Notes: generated from the sequence alone by a model not told the origin. A stretch of DNA of 64,000 bases from a bacterium (GCA_041690355.1 JAWLHK010000005.1:186001-250000); one strand, 5' to 3'. Shown: positions 49,458 to 59,605, counted from the stretch's first letter. Numbers and translations are program-made.

Positions 49458-50573
49458 ATGCAGACCGAACCGCCCATCCGGATCTTTCTCTGCGGCGACG
49501 TCATGACCGGGCGGGGCATCGACCAGATTCTTCCCCATCCGGGGAACCCCATGCTGTACGAGTCCTTCGTTCGGGATGCGAGAGACTACGTGGAACTGGC
49601 GGAACGGCATGGCGGCCCGATTCCCCGCTCGGTGGCTTGGGAGTACGTCTGGGGCGAAGCACTCCCCCTGCTCGATCGGTTCGCGGCCGACGTGCGCATC
49701 GTCAACCTCGAATCCAGCATCACCACCAGCGATGATTATTGGCGCGACAAGCCGGTGCTCTACCGGATGCATCCACGGAACATCGGCTGCCTGACGGCGG
49801 CCCGCATCGACTGCTGCACCCTGGCGAACAATCACGTGCTCGACTGGGGCTACCCCGGTCTCGACGAAACCCTGCGCACCCTGCGCCAGGCGGGGCTCCC
49901 CTTTGCGGGCGCCGGCGAGAATGCCGCCGCTGCCGCGGCCCCCGCCGTTCTCGAGGTTCCGCCTCGCGGACGCGTCCTCGTCTTTTCGATGGGTTCGGTC
50001 ACCAGCGGCGTGCCGCGCACCTGGGGTGCGACGCCCGATCGCGCCGGCGTCCATCTGCTCCCCGATCTTTCCGAACGAGCCGCGAGCCGGATTGCCGGAG
50101 ACATTGCGCGCGCGCGGCGCCCCGGCGACCTGGCCATCGCCTCGATCCACTGGGGAAGCAACTGGGGATACGAAGTTCCCCGGGAACAGCGGCGGTTTGC
50201 ACGCCGGCTGATCGACGAAGGGGGCGCCCTCGTGCACGGACACTCTTCGCACCACGTCCGGCCGTTCGAGATCTACCGCGGAAGGCTGATCATCTACGGA
50301 TGCGGTGACTTTCTCACCGACTACGAGGGGATTGGCGGATACGAAGCCTTCCGCGGCGACCTGGCCCTGATGTACCTCATCGAAGCGGCAACGGATGGCA
50401 CACTGCGGGAAGTCCGGCTCATGCCCCTGCAGGTACGGCGCTTCCGGCTCGAGCGCTGCTCCGAGGAAGATACCGTGTGGATGGCGAACCTCCTGCGCAC
50501 GCTCGGGGAGCCGGAGGGAATCGGGGTCAGTCTCGAATCCGACGGCGGTTTCCGGCTCGACTGGCCGCGCTGA
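49458..50573 (+). CDS. CapA-family metallophosphatase-fold protein
   Basis: GDVMTGR, VNLE, LANNHVLDWG, IHWG, HGHSSHH, YGCGDF. Confidence 0.92.
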   Translation: MQTEPPIRIFLCGDVMTGRGIDQILPHPGNPMLYESFVRDARDYVELAERHGGPIPRSVAWEYVWGEALPLLDRFAADVRIVNLESSITTSDDYWRDKPVLYRMHPRNIGCLTAARIDCCTLANNHVLDWGYPGLDETLRTLRQAGLPFAGAGENAAAAAAPAVLEVPPRGRVLVFSMGSVTSGVPRTWGATPDRAGVHLLPDLSERAASRIAGDIARARRPGDLAIASIHWGSNWGYEVPREQRRFARRLIDEGGALVHGHSSHHVRPFEIYRGRLIIYGCGDFLTDYEGIGGYEAFRGDLALMYLIEAATDGTLREVRLMPLQVRRFRLERCSEEDTVWMANLLRTLGEPEGIGVSLESDGGFRLDWPR

Positions 50574-50702
50574 CCGTCAGAATCCGCGCAGAATGCCTTG
50601 CGTCCTTGCGCGCCCCCCTGCAAGATGGAATTTTATCCATCCCAACCCGCCGGACCGCAGCGCCGATTGCTGCCCGCATCCCGTTCCGGCGCAGGAGGCG
50701 AC

Positions 50703-52517
50703 ATGAGCATCTCGACCGGCAAACGCGAAGCGGCCCGCGGCATTACGTGGAACCTCGGCGACCTCTATCAGGGGATTGACGATCCGGCCATCGATCGGGA
50801 TCTCGCCGAAGCCGATCGTAAAGCCGAAGCGTTCGCCGCCACGTACCGGGGCGCCATCGACGCGTCGCTGGCCACGGGCACGCTCGCCGCCGCCATGCAG
50901 GAACTCGAGACGCTGAGCGACCTCGCCTATCGTCCGTTCTGCTTCGCCCAGCTCGCCTTCGCCGCCGACACCGCGAACGAGAAGATTGGCGCGCTGCTCC
51001 AGCGGGTGCAGGAGAAAGTGACCGAGACCGGCACCAAGCTGCTCTTCTTCGATCTGGCGTGGATTGAGGTTCCCGAGGAACATGCGCGCACCCTCATGGA
51101 CGATCCGGCGTTGGCCCGCTACCGCCATCATCTCGAGAACATCCGCAAGTACCGCCCCCATCGTCTGAGCGAACCTGAAGAGCGCATTCTGGCGGAACTG
51201 GACAATACAGGCTCGTCCGCCTTCCAGCGCCTCTTCGACCAGATTCTCGCCGACATGAACTTCCACGTAAAGCTGCCGAGCGGCGCAGCCGACATGAACG
51301 AAGAAGAGGTGCTGACCCTCCTGCATGATCCCGACCGCAATGTCCGCCGGGCAGGGGCCGACGCGCTCACCGCGGGCCTCAAGAGCAACCGGCGCATCTT
51401 CTCGTTCATCTACAACAATCTCGTGCAGGACCACGCGGTGCACGATCGGCTGCGCAGCTACACCGATCCCATGCAGAGCCGCAACCTCGCCAACGAAATC
51501 GACCGCACGACCGTCGACGCCCTGCTCGAGGCCTGCGAGTCGAACGCCGCGACCGTGCAGCGCTACTACCGCATCAAGGCGCGGCTCCTCGGGATCACCG
51601 ATTTTACGGATTACGATCGCTATGCGCCGCTGCAGGCGGCCGACGAGACCCTGATCCCCTTCGACCAGGCGCGCGCCATGGTGCTCGACGCCTACGGTGC
51701 CTTCTCGCCCGACATGTCCCGCATCGCCGGCGAATTCTTCACGAACCGCTGGATCGACGCCGAAGTGCGCAACGGCAAGCGCGGCGGCGCCTTCAGCCAC
51801 GGCATGGTTCCCTCGACGCACCCCTACGTTTTCCTCAACTACACTGGCGGGCGCCGCGACGTCATGACCCTCGCCCACGAGCTGGGGCACGGGGTTCACC
51901 AGTACCTGGCGCGCAAGCAGGGGCTCTTTCACGCCGATACGCCGCTCACCACGGCCGAAACCGCGAGCGTCTTCGGCGAGATGCTCGTTTTTCAGCGGCT
52001 CCTCAAAGAGACCCCGGACCCGAAGGCGCGCCTCTCGCTGCTGTGCGGCAAGCTGGAAGATTCCTTCGCCACGGTCTACCGGCAGGCAATCATGACCCGC
52101 TTCGAGCAGTCGGTGCACGCCGCGCGGCGCAGCGAGGGCGAGCTTCCGGTCGAGACGCTCAACCGGCTGTGGCTCGATGCGAACCGCATCATGTTCGGCG
52201 ACGCCATCACCCTGCGCGAAGACTACGGCTACTGGTGGATGTACATTCCCCACTTCATCCACACCCCCTTCTACACGTATGCCTACTCGTTCGGCGAGCT
52301 GCTCGTCCTTGCGCTGTACCAGAAGTACGAGCAGGAAGGGGCGAGCTTCGTTCCGAAGTATCTGGAACTTCTTTCGGCCGGCGGCTCAGAGAGTCCCGAG
52401 GTGCTGCTCGGGCGCGCCGGCATCGACATCCGCCACCCCGAGTTCTGGAAGGGCGGTCTCGTCCTTCTGTCCGGGATGGTCGACGAAGTGGAGCGGCTCG
52501 CCGCGAATCAGGGCTGA
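50703..52517 (+). CDS. M3 family oligoendopeptidase F
   Basis: WNLGDLY, GKRGGAFS, TLAHELGHGVH, AETASVF, YTYAYSFG; AGGAGG RBS. Confidence 0.95.
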   Translation: MSISTGKREAARGITWNLGDLYQGIDDPAIDRDLAEADRKAEAFAATYRGAIDASLATGTLAAAMQELETLSDLAYRPFCFAQLAFAADTANEKIGALLQRVQEKVTETGTKLLFFDLAWIEVPEEHARTLMDDPALARYRHHLENIRKYRPHRLSEPEERILAELDNTGSSAFQRLFDQILADMNFHVKLPSGAADMNEEEVLTLLHDPDRNVRRAGADALTAGLKSNRRIFSFIYNNLVQDHAVHDRLRSYTDPMQSRNLANEIDRTTVDALLEACESNAATVQRYYRIKARLLGITDFTDYDRYAPLQAADETLIPFDQARAMVLDAYGAFSPDMSRIAGEFFTNRWIDAEVRNGKRGGAFSHGMVPSTHPYVFLNYTGGRRDVMTLAHELGHGVHQYLARKQGLFHADTPLTTAETASVFGEMLVFQRLLKETPDPKARLSLLCGKLEDSFATVYRQAIMTRFEQSVHAARRSEGELPVETLNRLWLDANRIMFGDAITLREDYGYWWMYIPHFIHTPFYTYAYSFGELLVLALYQKYEQEGASFVPKYLELLSAGGSESPEVLLGRAGIDIRHPEFWKGGLVLLSGMVDEVERLAANQG

Positions 52518-53554
52518 CCGGCGGCCGGGCGAAACAGCGGCGCTTCATCGGGTGCGGCCGGTGTGACCGGTGTGACCGGTGTGGCCGCGGGTCCCGGCGG
52601 GGCGTCGAGCGATGCCATGAGCGCGGCCGTGACCAGCTTCACCCCTTCGGCGTTCACGTGGCTCGGGTCTCCGAAGTACTCGTCGGGCAGCGACCAGAGG
52701 TCGCGGGCCACGTGCACCCCCTCTTCGGCCGCGAGGTCGCGCAGATACCGGTTGAACTCGAAGCGGTACCGGGGCAGCGTCTTCGACCACGAGACCTCGC
52801 TGAACGGCATCGTGAACCAGTGCACGCGGATACCGTGCTCCCGCGCAAGCCGGATCGTGCGGCGCAGGTAGATGTCCATGAGGGGCGACGGCTCGAAGGC
52901 GAAACGGCCGGCCTCTTCGTTCGTGTTCCGGGGGCGCTTTCCGGTGCCGTAGAGCTTGTGCCCCTTCGCGCGCTCGAACGCCGCCAGCGCCGCGAGATTT
53001 TCGGCACGACGGCCGGCAAGCAGACCGGAAAAGAGTTCGGCCGACCAGGAAAAAGGGGGGATCAGGGTCGACAGCATCCTGGAGAACGGCTGCTCGTCGA
53101 GGGGCACGCCCAGCATCTCGCTCTCGCGGCGTAGCGCATCCACCTCGCGCGCCGAGAGGAACCCGAACTTCACGGTGCGGTGCCAGAACGAATCCATCTC
53201 CGACAGGTGAAAGGGTCCGAAGCTCAGTACCAGGTCACGGGGAGCCGGATGGCGGGCCAGCCAGCGATCGAGCAGAAACCAGGCCTCGACCGGCGTGGCG
53301 CCGCCAAGCGCAAGGTTGAGCGCTGTTGCCGTAACCTGCTCCGGGGCGAAACCGGCCACGCCGCGCGAGTCACCGATCAACAGGAGTTCGGCGGAGATCG
53401 CCGCATTCCCGACCGCATCCATGCGGTGCCGCCACTCGACATACTCATGGTTTGCGAAGTTGATCGGATACCGGTCGCCATATAGCCCGAGCACCGTGAG
53501 GAGCAGGAGGGCCGCGACGGCGAGAACGAGCAGGTATCGGGTGGATTCGCGCAT
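52508..53554 (-). CDS. Membrane-anchored SGNH-like protein (DUF1574/DltD-like), partner of MBOAT
   Basis: N-terminal TM, IGDSR, NLALGG, FGDPSHVN (DxxH). Confidence 0.75.
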   Translation of the reverse strand: MRESTRYLLVLAVAALLLLTVLGLYGDRYPINFANHEYVEWRHRMDAVGNAAISAELLLIGDSRGVAGFAPEQVTATALNLALGGATPVEAWFLLDRWLARHPAPRDLVLSFGPFHLSEMDSFWHRTVKFGFLSAREVDALRRESEMLGVPLDEQPFSRMLSTLIPPFSWSAELFSGLLAGRRAENLAALAAFERAKGHKLYGTGKRPRNTNEEAGRFAFEPSPLMDIYLRRTIRLAREHGIRVHWFTMPFSEVSWSKTLPRYRFEFNRYLRDLAAEEGVHVARDLWSLPDEYFGDPSHVNAEGVKLVTAALMASLDAPPGPAATPVTPVTPAAPDEAPLFRPAAGQP

Positions 53555-53555
53555 C

Positions 53556-55082
53556 TCAGAACTGGAAGTAGAGAAATTCGCTCGTTCCGTTCACGGCAAT
53601 CAGCGCCGCCGCCACGAGCACCGAAAGGGCCAGCGCCCAGCCGACGCTCGGGCGCCATGCCGGAACGCGAGGAGCGGCTTCGCGGGGGGCGGCCTCGCCC
53701 GGCTCGCGCAGGCGCATCCATGTCTGCGTGTTAGGCAGCAGCTGCGTAATCAGGAACAGAAGCGGCAGCAGCGCGAAGACGCGCGCCTCGCGCACGAGCG
53801 TCAGGGTGCCGACGCGCACGCCCATCTCTCGCAAGGGTTGGACGAGATCGAGGGGGCCGGCCAGTGAGAGTGGCACGACCAGGCCGTTCCAGCCCGCCAT
53901 GGCCTTGAGCATGTGCACCGCGGCATCGAAGCTCTCTGCCCTGAAGAAGACCCATGCGATCACGACCGCGAAGAACGTAACGCCGCGGTAGGCGAGCCGC
54001 ACCGGCCGACCGCCTCGGGCCGGCACCACCGCCCGCCAGGCATGATTGATGACCAGGTAAAGGCCGTGCAGGCCGCCCCAGATCACGAAGGTCCACCCCG
54101 CGCCGTGCCAGAGCCCGCCGAGCAGCATGGTGGCCATCAGGTTGCCGTAGCGGCGGATGCGCCCGTTACGGTTTCCCCCGAGCGGGATGTAGAGGTAATC
54201 GCGCAGAAAGCGCGAAAGCGTGATGTGCCAGCGCCGCCAGAAGTCGATGATGTTGGCGGCCTGGTAGGGGGAATCGAAATTGAAGGGGAGGCGCACCCCG
54301 AACAGGAGCGCGAGCCCCAGGGCCATGTCGGAGTAGCCCGAAAAGTCGAAGTAGATCTGAAACGTATAGGCGAGCGCGCCCTGCCAGGAGTCGATCAGCG
54401 TGAGCTTCGCCCCCTTGGCCGCCGCGATAAAAACCGGGGTCGCGTAGCGCGCGACCTGGTCAGCGAGTACAGCCTTCTTGAAGAGGCCGACAAAGAAGGT
54501 GGTCGCGCCCATGGCGAAGGCGACCCGGCTGAAGCGGAAGGTCTCCGGCGCGCGGAACTGCGGAAGCACCTCGCTGTGATGAACGATGGGCCCTGCGATG
54601 AGCTGCGGGAAAAAGCTGACGAACAGCAGATAGGTCTGCCAGTCGTAGCGGATCCGCTCGCGGTGCGAATCGACGAGAAACGCGATCTGCTGGAACGTGA
54701 AGAACGAAATCGCAAGGGGGAGCGCCGTGTCGGCGATAATGAAATCGAGCCCCGAGAGCTCGCCCGCGGTCGCGATCAGAAAGCCGGCATACTTGTAGTA
54801 ACCCAGGACGCCGAGGTTCGCGACGACACCCGCAGCCAGCAGCAGATCGCGCCGACGCCCGTCTTCGGAACCGGCCAGAATACGGCCGAGAAACCAGTTG
54901 GCGCCGATCGACGCGAGCAGCAGCAGCACCGAAGGCGGATTCCACCACCCATAGAAAAAGAGCGACGCAGCTCCGAGCCAGGCGACCGCGCCTCCGTGGC
55001 GGCCTCGCGCGCCCAGCACGAAAAAGCCCAGCAGGGCGACCGGCAGAAACGCAAAGATGAAGACGTAGGAATTAAACAGCAT
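53556..55082 (-). CDS. MBOAT O-acyltransferase (AlgI/PatA-like)
   Basis: MLFNS, LPLAISFFTFQQ, FFPQLIAGPI, YFDFSGYSDMA, FWRRWHITLS, GLWHGA, EFLYFQF. Confidence 0.95.
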   Translation of the reverse strand: MLFNSYVFIFAFLPVALLGFFVLGARGRHGGAVAWLGAASLFFYGWWNPPSVLLLLASIGANWFLGRILAGSEDGRRRDLLLAAGVVANLGVLGYYKYAGFLIATAGELSGLDFIIADTALPLAISFFTFQQIAFLVDSHRERIRYDWQTYLLFVSFFPQLIAGPIVHHSEVLPQFRAPETFRFSRVAFAMGATTFFVGLFKKAVLADQVARYATPVFIAAAKGAKLTLIDSWQGALAYTFQIYFDFSGYSDMALGLALLFGVRLPFNFDSPYQAANIIDFWRRWHITLSRFLRDYLYIPLGGNRNGRIRRYGNLMATMLLGGLWHGAGWTFVIWGGLHGLYLVINHAWRAVVPARGGRPVRLAYRGVTFFAVVIAWVFFRAESFDAAVHMLKAMAGWNGLVVPLSLAGPLDLVQPLREMGVRVGTLTLVREARVFALLPLLFLITQLLPNTQTWMRLREPGEAAPREAAPRVPAWRPSVGWALALSVLVAAALIAVNGTSEFLYFQF

Positions 55083-55208
55083 CGCGGCAGCCGGCGCGAA
55101 ACCGGTCCGGCGAGCGTTCATTCTAGTCCGAAGAGGCCGGCGCGGCAAACCGGCCGGATGCCGCGCCGGCCGCGTGCCGGAGCGCTCTGCCCGCGGGCGT
55201 GGGCCCGT

Positions 55209-55925
55209 TCAGGGAATCTCAGCCGGCACCGGCGGCGGCGGCGCCACGGCAATCTGCGTCGAGAAACAGCCCATGCCCGAAAGCGTCGCCGCGATCTCTT
55301 CCACGCCGGTTACGATCCGGTGCGTACCCGCCCGCATGCCCTGAAGAACCAGGTATCCTTCGGGGTTTGTCTGGAGGCGCTGGATGCGGCCGTCGTCCGA
55401 ATGAAGATCCACCATCGCACTGCGCGCGGCGGCAGAATCGGCCGTGTAGGCGGCGATGCGCAGCACCGTCCCCTGCCCCAAAAGGGCCTCCTGGCGCAGC
55501 GAGGTCACCTTCTCTGCAGCCGTCGCCGCGAGAACGGTTCCCGCGCACCGGCTGGTCTGCAGGGTCCCGTCCGATGCCCGGCGGGCGTAGACCAGCCACG
55601 TCTCGCCGACCTGAAAGTCGACGCCGCAGTCGCCGTCCTTCACGTCGCCCGCCGCACGCGTCCGCACCGCGAGCGTCCCCGACGCAGCGCCGGCGAGCCG
55701 TTCCAGCACTTGCAGCGCGGCCTCGCGACGGCCGTCCTTCGCGTCGGCCATGGACTGGACGCGGGCGACGAAGATCGCGGCGGCGTTGCCGTCGAGCAGG
55801 CAAGCCTCTTCAACCGCGGTGCAGCGGCAGGCGTCTGCCCCTGCCGGCGCCGCCGCGCCGGGTGCGATCCACCCGAGCAGGGCATAACCGGCCAGCAACG
55901 CGGCGAATATCCGGAAGCGCATCAT
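55209..55925 (-). CDS. Secreted TIMP/NTR-like protein
   Basis: Signal peptide then CRC; AIFVARV, DCG..F..GE.WLVYA, TSRC..T. Confidence 0.65.
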   Translation of the reverse strand: MMRFRIFAALLAGYALLGWIAPGAAAPAGADACRCTAVEEACLLDGNAAAIFVARVQSMADAKDGRREAALQVLERLAGAASGTLAVRTRAAGDVKDGDCGVDFQVGETWLVYARRASDGTLQTSRCAGTVLAATAAEKVTSLRQEALLGQGTVLRIAAYTADSAAARSAMVDLHSDDGRIQRLQTNPEGYLVLQGMRAGTHRIVTGVEEIAATLSGMGCFSTQIAVAPPPPVPAEIP

Positions 55926-55977
55926 AGGGGAAGTATACCTGCCCCCCGGCACCGCCGCCATTGCGCGGAGCCTCCGC

Positions 55978-58110
55978 TCAGGGGGTGTCGTCCAGGCTGA
56001 GGAGAAAAGCCTCGAGGTCGTCGAGTTCGCGGGCGCGCAGGTGCGACGTCACGCCGTGCCGATCGTCTGCGTTGCGCACGGTCAGCACTTCGCGCAGCGT
56101 CGCCGCGCTGCCGTCGTGAAGGTAGGGGGCCGACGCGAACAGGCCGCGCAGCGTCGGCGTATCGAGGCCGGTCAACGCCTCTCCCAGCCGCGCCCCCGAA
56201 GACGCCCGCAAGGTTCCCACATCATGCAGCACGGGTTCCGCGAGGTTGCTGTCGGTATACCGCGGAGGGATGTGGCAATCTCCGCATCCGGCGGCCGGAT
56301 CCAGAAAGATCGCCCTTCCCCGCTCGGCCGACGGCGTGAGCGCGCCGGCGGCGTCGCGGAAAGGACTGCGGCCGAAACTCGTCAACGAGGCCAGATAGGC
56401 CGCGAGGGCGTCCAGGTCAGCCGAAAGGCCTGCCTTGGGCGCGCCCAGCGGCTCGCTGACGCCGGAACCGTAGAAAACCTCGTCGGCCAGCACTCCCGTT
56501 CCGCCGAAGGGGCCGCGGATATCGTGCTCGAAATCCTGCACCTCGTCGAAATTGGCCGTCCAGTGCAGCGGTCCATGTCCGGTTCCCGCGCGGCCCCGAA
56601 GGGGAATCGTGTTGCGGAGCCCCTCCCCCCGATCGGTGAAATCCCAGACGAGCCCGTCATCGCCCCCTTCGGCATGGCAGCTGGCGCAGGCCACGTAACC
56701 GCTGCGCGAGAGGCGCACGTCGTCGCTGCGGTGAAAGAGAACCTTTCCGGCGAGCACCCCGGGCTCGAGCTTTTCGCGCACTGAGGTGGCGATGACGTGT
56801 CGGGGCTCGACCGGCACGGGGCCCGCGGCCAGATCGAACAGCGTCACCGTGCGCGACATCGCCCCATGCACCGCGAGCCAGCCTCCGTCGGGGCTCACGC
56901 CCAGATCACGCGGGGCGATCCCGACGCCGAAAATCGATCCGGCCGGCGTGCGATCCAGGGCATCGAGCACCTCGACCGTCCCTGCCCCCTGCACGGCTAC
57001 GTAGGCGTAATCGCCGGCCGGCGTGAAGGCGACCGCGACGGCCTGATCGCGATCGTCGAAGAGCTTGCGGCGTTCCGGATTCTCGGCGGCGTCGTCGGCG
57101 CCGAGAAAGGAAATCATGGCCCGCACGGTCGTCTCGAAGGTCAACGGCTGCCCGTCGCGGAAAAGGCCGCGCCGAAGGTTCGCCTGTACGGCCGGAATCC
57201 AGAGGGAATCGCCGGCGGGCGTAAGGGCCACGGCTCCGATCTGAGACGGTACGCCCCGCGTCTCGGTGTCGGAGTCGGCGCCGCCGCGCACCGGCAGCGT
57301 GACGGGCGCCGCCAGGCCCCCGGCGATGCGCAGCAGGCGCCCTTCTCCGTCGAGACTGCGAAAGCGCGACGCCCACACGGTGCCGTCGGGATGCGCCGCG
57401 AGCGCGCGGGGCGCCTCGGCCGAGGCCAGCTCGGTGAGAAGCCCGGTCTCGGGATTCAGTTCCAGAATGCGGTTGCGCTGTTCGAGCGCAAGGTAGAAGC
57501 GCTTGCGTCCGGGTACGGCGACCACTGAAACCGGACGCGAACCGTACTCGAGTTCGGCAATGCGGTAGATGGAACGGGTCTCGACGTGTATGACCGCCAC
57601 CTGATCCGCATCGGGTCCGGCAACCGCCAGCCAGGGCTCGGCGAGCGCCAGCGCACCGGGCGTGAAATCGAGCTTCACCTCACCGAGCACGAGCCCGGCC
57701 GGGCCGTCGACGAGGCTCACCGACTCCTGGTCGGTATTCACGACCCAGAGCGACCTGGCGTCGCCGCTCCATGCCAACGTCCCGCTGCGCGTGGGGGCCG
57801 GATCGAGCGGGCGGTTCACGATCGTGACGAGAACCGGGATGCGCAGCGCGCCGCGCCAGGCCACGGCCGCATAGTGCCCCGGCACATCCCACGTCAGGCT
57901 GTAGGTGCCCGACCGGATCGTGACCGTCCGGCCGTCGCCGAAGTCGAACGTATAGGGCGAGGCCGGTTCTGCCGTGCGCACGCGTACCGCTTCGCCGACG
58001 TAGCCGAAAAGCGCGCGCGGCACCTCGAGCAGGCCGTCACCGGTTTCGGCGCCCCGGCATCCCGCGAGGGCGAACACCAGGAGCAGGGTGAGTGCTGAAA
58101 GCCGCCGCAT
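55978..58110 (-). CDS. Lipoprotein: PKD-like + YVTN-type beta-propeller + diheme cytochrome c peroxidase/MauG-like domain
   Basis: Lipobox LAGC; FDFGDG; propeller repeats; CASCH, RNTIPL, LHW, CGDCH, TPTLRG, APYLHDGS. Confidence 0.88.
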   Translation of the reverse strand: MRRLSALTLLLVFALAGCRGAETGDGLLEVPRALFGYVGEAVRVRTAEPASPYTFDFGDGRTVTIRSGTYSLTWDVPGHYAAVAWRGALRIPVLVTIVNRPLDPAPTRSGTLAWSGDARSLWVVNTDQESVSLVDGPAGLVLGEVKLDFTPGALALAEPWLAVAGPDADQVAVIHVETRSIYRIAELEYGSRPVSVVAVPGRKRFYLALEQRNRILELNPETGLLTELASAEAPRALAAHPDGTVWASRFRSLDGEGRLLRIAGGLAAPVTLPVRGGADSDTETRGVPSQIGAVALTPAGDSLWIPAVQANLRRGLFRDGQPLTFETTVRAMISFLGADDAAENPERRKLFDDRDQAVAVAFTPAGDYAYVAVQGAGTVEVLDALDRTPAGSIFGVGIAPRDLGVSPDGGWLAVHGAMSRTVTLFDLAAGPVPVEPRHVIATSVREKLEPGVLAGKVLFHRSDDVRLSRSGYVACASCHAEGGDDGLVWDFTDRGEGLRNTIPLRGRAGTGHGPLHWTANFDEVQDFEHDIRGPFGGTGVLADEVFYGSGVSEPLGAPKAGLSADLDALAAYLASLTSFGRSPFRDAAGALTPSAERGRAIFLDPAAGCGDCHIPPRYTDSNLAEPVLHDVGTLRASSGARLGEALTGLDTPTLRGLFASAPYLHDGSAATLREVLTVRNADDRHGVTSHLRARELDDLEAFLLSLDDTP

Positions 58111-58114
58111 ACGT

Positions 58115-59605
58115 TCAGCGCGTGGTGAACGACGCCTCAAAGCCGGCCTCGGTGCGGTTTCCGTTGTAGTCCCTCACCCCTCCGGGGGGAATGACGAGGC
58201 GGTAGCGGGTCGCCGCCCGGAGCGGCGCGCGGGGCGAGAGGTTGACGATGTTCTCCTGCACGTTGTAGTCGGCTGCCACCGCTTTTCCCTCGGGCGCGAT
58301 CAGGGTGACCGAGCCGGTGAACACGCTTTTCACGTCGACCATCTCGCTGAACACGACGCCGAAGCGGCTGGAGAGCGGCAGCCCCGTCGCGCCATGCCGC
58401 GGATAGACCATGGTCACCGCCGGACCGCGCGTATCGGGTTCGCTGAAGAGAGGAATCATGGCGGAGCCCTCTCCCGGATTCGCGCCGTCGTCGACCGAGG
58501 CGATGGCCATGTTACCGAGGGGAATCAGGGTGTCGAGATCCCCCTTTAACGTCACGCGGGTGACCTCGACCGGATTCGCCTCGTCGGCAAAGTCGACGAT
58601 AACACCCCAGTGGGAGTCGCCGACATAGGCGAGCGAATCCTTCATGAAGCTGTAGCCGCCGTTGCCCCCCTCGGTTCGTAGCTCGCTGCGGAAGACCGGC
58701 CGTTGCACGTCGGAAATGTCCCAGACGAGCGGACCGCCGCCCCCCTGCTTGCGCGCGTAGACGATGCGATCGCCGGCGATGTTGGCCAGATAGCTCTCGG
58801 TCGGGTCGCCCGCACCGTCGGTCACCGTGAACAGGCCGCCGGGGATGGGGACGGGGCGCAGCGGATCGGAAACGTCGAGCAGCGCCGTGCGCGTCCCCTC
58901 GGTGGCCATGGTCACGAGCAGGTTGCCGATGACCCAGATGCCCCCCGCGCGCAGGGGGAGCTCGAACTTGTACTGCGCCGCGAGCACCGGCACGTCGGGG
59001 TCGGCGGCGTCGATGATATAGATGCCGTTGTCGGTTCCCGCCGCATAGACAAAGCGCCCCTGCCAGAAGACGGCGAACACCACCCGCGCGTAGGCGTCGG
59101 GATAGAACACGCCGGGCAGCTCGAGTTCACTGTGCGGAGCGGGATGGCGCGGATCGGTCACGTCCCAGAACTGCACGCCGCGCAGGTGGTTCACGACGGC
59201 GAACGTCTTCTCTCCGACCCGCGCGAACGCGATGGAGTGCGACTCGCGCATCATCGGATCGAATCCGGCTCCGATGCGCCGGGGTGCGCAGCCGTCCGAA
59301 ACGTCCCAGAAGGTCAGGCCGCCGCCCCCCCACTCGGGGGCCGCGGGGAGCACCAGATAGCCGTCGAACATGACGGCCAGGTTATGGTGGTCTGGATCGT
59401 CGTCGTTACCCTCCAGATACGCGCAGTGGCGGTACAGTTCCGCTTCGGAAAAGGAGTTGCGCGGACCACCCGGACCCGCGTTGGCCGGATGCACGTCGGG
59501 CGCGGGGATCGGAACCAGCCCGGCATCCGTAGGCTCGGGTTCGGTGCAGGCGGCAAGCAGCGCGAGGGCAAGTGCAAGCGGAATGGATGAGCGGTGAAAC
59601 GGCAT
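58115..59605 (-). CDS. Lipoprotein with LVIVD-like repeats and C-terminal Ig-like (Big_5) domain
   Basis: Lipobox LAAC; repeats FWDVSD, FWDVTDP, IIDAADP, LLDVSDP, VWDISD; DTRGPAV...FSE...YRL...FTT. Confidence 0.82.
   Translation of the reverse strand: MPFHRSSIPLALALALLAACTEPEPTDAGLVPIPAPDVHPANAGPGGPRNSFSEAELYRHCAYLEGNDDDPDHHNLAVMFDGYLVLPAAPEWGGGGLTFWDVSDGCAPRRIGAGFDPMMRESHSIAFARVGEKTFAVVNHLRGVQFWDVTDPRHPAPHSELELPGVFYPDAYARVVFAVFWQGRFVYAAGTDNGIYIIDAADPDVPVLAAQYKFELPLRAGGIWVIGNLLVTMATEGTRTALLDVSDPLRPVPIPGGLFTVTDGAGDPTESYLANIAGDRIVYARKQGGGGPLVWDISDVQRPVFRSELRTEGGNGGYSFMKDSLAYVGDSHWGVIVDFADEANPVEVTRVTLKGDLDTLIPLGNMAIASVDDGANPGEGSAMIPLFSEPDTRGPAVTMVYPRHGATGLPLSSRFGVVFSEMVDVKSVFTGSVTLIAPEGKAVAADYNVQENIVNLSPRAPLRAATRYRLVIPPGGVRDYNGNRTEAGFEASFTTR

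Noticed and set aside
49458-50573. Poly-gamma-glutamate capsule locus
   Set aside because: No capB/capC and the protein lacks a membrane anchor
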